64,000 nt of DNA from Octopus sinensis (taxonomy: Eukaryota): NCBI RefSeq assembly GCF_006345805.1, contig NC_043026.1:10850001-10914000 (forward strand). Reading direction: 5' to 3'. Shown one piece after another: positions 60,013-64,000 of this stretch; position 1 is the first letter of the stretch, and each line of letters begins with the position of its first letter. Under the pieces are notes generated by a model that was given only the letters and a program-made list of their open reading frames with translations, was not told the DNA's origin and searched no databases. The translations under genes and the position numbers were made by a program.

Positions 60013-62536
60013 TATATATATGTATATATATATATTATATATGGTATATATATATATTATATATGTACATATATATTATATATATATAGGTAATATATAT
60101 ATTATATATATATGTACATATATATATTATATATATGTATATATATGTGTATTATAATGTATATATATGTGCATTATATATATAAATCTCTCACTGTGTG
60201 TGTTTGTGTGTATGCCGACTTGTATACGTACTCGCTTGTCCGTTATATATATTTATGAATTGATTAATTTAACCGTAACCGATTGATTGCACTACCTGAT
60301 AAAATCTAATATAGATTTTATCCTTAATCTTAATATATATATATATATATATATATATCTTTATGCTTGTGTTGAATGATGATGATGATGATATATATAT
60401 ATATACGTTTGTGTATGAATGTGTAAGCGTAAATACGTGTGTGTATATGTATGAGTATGCATGTGTGTATGTATGTGTGTGGAAAGAGTCTTTTAGATAA
60501 GACTCTTGTGTCATGCATTCTCTCGCTCAGTTTAGTCTGGAGCAACCCACGAAAGAAAATTCTTGAGAATTCTTGCTCCATATCTTCTAATTTGCACAAT
60601 CCTTTGGCATTCTCTGGTGCTCCCAACCCATCTTCAAAGCATTTCCCAGACAGAAGGTTGTCTTCGACAAACCTACCTCTTCGAAGGCATCCTTGGGAAA
60701 CTTGAGCAACCTGTAAACTGTGCTTTGGTCATCCGAGGAAAATACACGCGACATTTTGTAGAAAGCATTGTCGAGAGATTCAGAGATTTCATATGCATAG
60801 TCTAAGGGAGATAAATGAGAATTATGATAGTTGAGAGTCATAATAGCAAAACTTAAGACACATCGTATACAAAATGTACCATACACAAGACCTACATTGC
60901 ATTAGATATATCATATGTAAGAAATGTCATACATAAGGCACATCATATACAACACATATCATACACAGATGCATCATACATAAAGTACATCATACATAAG
61001 ACACATCTTACATAAAGCACATCATACATAAAGCACACCATGTTACATCATGTACATCCATCATGAGACATCATACAGAAAACACGTCATACATAAGGCT
61101 CATCATAAACATATGACGCATCATGCTTAAGAAATATCATGCACACATCATACATAAGACACATAAAACACAAAATACAAGATCATACACAGTTGAGAGT
61201 AAATCAAACACAAGATCTATCATACACAAATCTTACAGATGAGAAACATTGTCAAACTTAAATGTTATGATGCACAACAGAAAACCATTATAAACACAAG
61301 ACAAAGTAAATAGCAGGGATTGAGTCGTTGTCAAACAGGAGAGTCAAACATACATCAGGCAAGAGTCATTGCAAAAGAATGAGAGTTATCACAATTCATA
61401 TCAACATTAGATAATGCAGTCCTAGATACACTAAGTCAGAAGGTAGGGATGGTCATAGCTGGAACTCCTTTGATCACAGGTCTACTAGAACAAGGAGTGA
61501 CCTGGTGTTAAACAACAACAACAACAACAATAACTCACTTCTTATAACGGCGAAGAATTCACCGATATGTAAGTTGATGTCGTCTTGCAGGAAGGAGAGG
61601 TAATCGATGGCAAAGTTGTAGTGTTCCTCGATCATCTCACCTATATCGATCAAGTATTGCTCGAACATCTGTAAGAAAGAAAGAGGGGAGAGAGAGAGAG
61701 TTAATAATTGATACATCAACATCATCATCATTGTTTACCGTTCGTTTTCCATGCTGGCATGGGTTGGATGGTTTGCTTGAAACCAATGAACCAGACGACT
61801 GCACAAAGCTCCAGTGTCTGCTTTCACATGGTTTCTAACGAGGGTCGCCCCTCCCAACACTAATTGCTTTACAGAATGTAGTGTAGGTGCAAAATATACC
61901 TACCTACACACACACACACAAACAGACACAGGGAGATAAAGAAATCATACAAAATTAGTAAGGTTATGAAGGAAAGAAGAGACAAACTAACGGTAGTTTA
62001 TGGAGTCAGCCTGCAAAACACATGACTGAAAAGCGTAGAAATATGAAGCAAAATATCAACAACCAAAGAGGTGTTCAATGAAGCTAAATAACAAAAGGAA
62101 GAAACAGAATTCAAATTTAATTTACTTTATTAAGATCATATTTTTACTTACTGAGTAGATTTCTTCGGCCTCTTCAATGTAACTGTCCACTATTACTTGA
62201 AGTTTCACCATCCAATGAGATACAACTTGCTGCCAATATTCCATCTCTTTCTCAAGTTCCCTCACAGCAACTTCATACAAATCCAGAATTCATCCAGGCA
62301 AGTGGCATAGGTGCGGGCGACTTGTAGTATTTAGATTCTGTGATCTTTCTCAGATAGGCGTAAGCTTGTGATTTAATGTCTATCAGTTCGTTACCCAAAT
62401 ACTCAATAACAGGTCTGAAGTCTTCCGAGAGCACGTCCATAGCTGTGACAAATTCCTGGTTTATTTTCTCGACAGCTCTTTCAGTTCTATCTTGAACTTT
62501 CTGTCCAAATGTACGCATTTCCGATGTGATGTATTC
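54221..62536 (-). CDS. Large lipid transfer protein (apolipophorin-type / molluscan vitellogenin-like), C-terminal ~580 aa with VWD and C8-like domains; 5' exons not found in the window
   Basis: Minus-strand exons 62536-62152, 61668-61539, 60801-60677, 58536-58188, 56676-56471, 56376-55987, 54900-54759 and 54237-54221, all GT-AG and phase-consistent. Motifs NWLPPFKAQA, HVTTFDGYHYDFQGSCGYTLA, EVSGWFFSRVRGLFGSYNNE, FVNSW and SPLRHCF are typical of apoLp-type VWD regions. Confidence 0.88.
54759..54900 (-). CDS. LLTP exon, C8-like Cys-rich domain (VSSEPFYHMC...VCNVSMYYIDQC...LPKMC)
   Basis: gtacag / gtaagt; 142 nt. Confidence 0.88.
55987..56376 (-). CDS. LLTP exon, VWD C-terminal half (VTVAGSDVRLPF...VSGWFFSRVRGLFGSYNNE...SPLRHCFKQ)
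   Basis: tgacag / gtaaat; 390 nt open frame. Confidence 0.92.
56471..56676 (-). CDS. LLTP exon, VWD N-terminal half (AQATLFKGRHVTTFDGYHYDFQGSCGYTLA...NGK)
   Basis: ctacag / gtaaaa; 206 nt; TFDG motif. Confidence 0.92.
57127..57506 (-). mobile_element. Full-length tRNA-derived SINE (family E) with 13-bp TSD
   Basis: Head ggcgcaatggcccagtggttaggg...gtttcgattc; TSD tccttaatagtaa at 57114-57126 and 57507-57519; diverged relatives at ~19085-19355 and 46395-46665. Confidence 0.8.
58188..58536 (-). CDS. LLTP exon (LLWALEYWRP...YYDIKPSSDVNNWLPPFK)
   Basis: ccacag / gtaagc; 349 nt; WxPPF motif just before the VWD. Confidence 0.88.
59040..59561 (+). mobile_element. Tc1 transposon 3' half (pseudogenised)
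   Basis: VKHGG...IFQDGNAPIHTA...WPPQSPDLNII*HLW...AVITDKGGPTPY*; terminus ...tccaacacctg followed by TA. Confidence 0.85.
59563..60185. repeat. ~620-bp (TA)n-rich microsatellite
   Basis: Direct reading; other large TA/TG tracts at 9478-9662, 24680-24960 and 55705-55910. Confidence 0.95.
60677..60801 (-). CDS. LLTP exon (NYAYEISESLDNAFYKMSRVFSSDDQSTVYRLLKFPKDAFEE)
   Basis: ccttag / gtaggt; 125 nt, phase 1 to 0. Confidence 0.78.
61539..61668 (-). CDS. LLTP exon (MFEQYLIDIGEMIEEHYNFAIDYLSFLQDDINLHIGEFFAVIR)
   Basis: ttacag / gtgagt; 130 nt, phase 0 to 1. Confidence 0.82.
62152..62536 (-). CDS. LLTP exon (EYITSEMRTFGQ...LYEVAVRELEKEMEYWQQ...EEIYS) with an internal frameshift near 62289-62323
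   Basis: cctccag acceptor, gtaagt donor; 385 nt although both ends require phase 0. Confidence 0.75.
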
Positions 62537-62575
62537 CTGGAGGAAGAACCCAATAATAATAATAACAATAATAAC

Positions 62576-62621
<46 letters not shown>

Positions 62622-62624
62622 GTT

Positions 62625-63030
62625 CCAGCTGAAATTGTAGGTTAAAATCCCATTGCTCGTTATTAGGTCGTTGTTTAGCCCAAAAGTAGCTTACAAATGT
62701 ACAATTTTGACTGAAACTTGTAGATTAATTTATTTAGGGTGTTCAATAAATATGAAAATGTGTATTAATAACCATCTTTCTTCGTTTAGACTTAGGCATA
62801 AAGCAAAGAGTACTTCTTTATCTAGTAAGATCTGAGAATTTAGGGAAAGTAAGAATAGATTTAGCCTTAAATGGGATATAATACGGAGGGTGCAACTATT
62901 TAGAGATAGCAGATATGGATGCAAACTTTGTTCCTTGGAAATTTATGAGATTTTAAAGTACAGAGACAAGAATAACCTACTTAATAATATATTAGAGCTT
63001 AGGATATCCTGCATGAATAGCATCACCTGC
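62625..63030 (+). mobile_element. Penelope-like element GIY-YIG endonuclease remnant
   Basis: NCRLKSHCSLLGRCL/KVAYKC...IYLG...NHLSSF...STSLSSKI*...LKWDII...CKLCSLE...LLN..LELRISC matches the PLE endonuclease pattern, with stops and frameshifts. Confidence 0.7.
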
Positions 63031-63422
63031 ACATTTAAATACCTTCGAAACAAATACTATTATACTCATAATATTTTGAATTTGATGGTAGAAATTAACT
63101 TGAGGTGTCATATCTTGTATAATTTGCCCTCTAGTGTAGTTAATTATATATTATATTGTATTATATTTTATGTATATTATATGTTATGTATTATGTTATA
63201 TAATGTATTATATATAATATTGCCCTCTGATAACCCCTACCAGTTTAGTCTACATTCATCCTATACGGTGATTACATTGTTTTTTCCATCAATTCCAAGA
63301 CTTTCTGCTCTGTCAATCAGAATAGGTATATTTGTATTGAGTTATCAGATAATACGCCTCCCTTAGATAAATCCTACACTCCCTATGAACTATGTAATTC
63401 TACATACAACAAATGCCTGTAA

Positions 63423-63770
63423 TATTATATTTTATAGAACCGCATCCAATGATATACACATTTTAATTTATTTACCTCTTGATTTACTTTATTAGGAATA
63501 CCTCGACCTATCCTTATTATTTATTTACCTATTATTGTTGCATTTTTTAAATTTAATTTTATTTTGCTTTCCTATTTACCTTTGTATATACTAGTGTAGC
63601 TATTATATTTTATAGACCGCATCCAATGATACACATTTAATTTATTTACCTCTTGATTTACTTTATTAGGAATACCTCGCTATCCTTATTATTTATTTAC
63701 CTATTATTGTTGCATTTTTAAATTTAATTTTATTTGCTTTCCTATTTACCTTTGTATATACTAGTGTAGC
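63423..63770 (+). repeat. Tandem duplication (178-nt and 170-nt copies)
   Basis: The second copy differs from the first by small deletions. Confidence 0.9.
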
Positions 63771-64000
63771 TTTCTATGATTTGCAGAGCATGTTAAAACT
63801 TCTTTCTGCAGGTAAGCATAGTAATATATAATGCAATACGATACTTAAATTTATATTTTAAAAATTTATATTGTATAAATTTAATACATTCTTTATATAT
63901 ACACACACATATATATATGTCTTATATATGTATATGCCATATTTTTATACTGTTATATCTCCTTATATCCCTGCATCCTTTAAGACTTTTCAGAATTAAA

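Noticed and set aside
59565-60093. YIYIYI-type ORFs (also 9446-9743, 11657-12030, 24463-25098, 55546-56013)
   Set aside because: Microsatellite translations

Overview
AT-rich, repeat-dense animal genomic DNA. The SINE families suggest an octopus (inference). Two intron-rich protein genes lie tail-to-tail. (1) A complete class I histone deacetylase HDAC1/2 (Rpd3) gene on + has 14 coding exons from 9391 to 47238, encodes 475-476 aa and has a 20.5-kb first intron. (2) The 3' part of a large lipid transfer protein gene (apolipophorin/vitellogenin-like, VWD + C8-like domains) on - has 8 exons from 62536 to 54221, with a probable assembly frameshift in one exon. The rest is SINEs, RTE LINE fragments, Tc1/mariner, Tigger, piggyBac-like and hAT-like MITEs, a non-autonomous Helitron, Penelope-like remnants and microsatellites. 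The most notable non-genic signals are hammerhead-ribozyme-like motifs and long foldback hairpins inside (TA)n tracts, SINEs carrying ~61-bp modules in alternating arrays, and SINE multimers that share a fixed AG|GT junction. Most ORFs in the supplied track are spurious translations of repeats. I found no clearly new multi-gene system.
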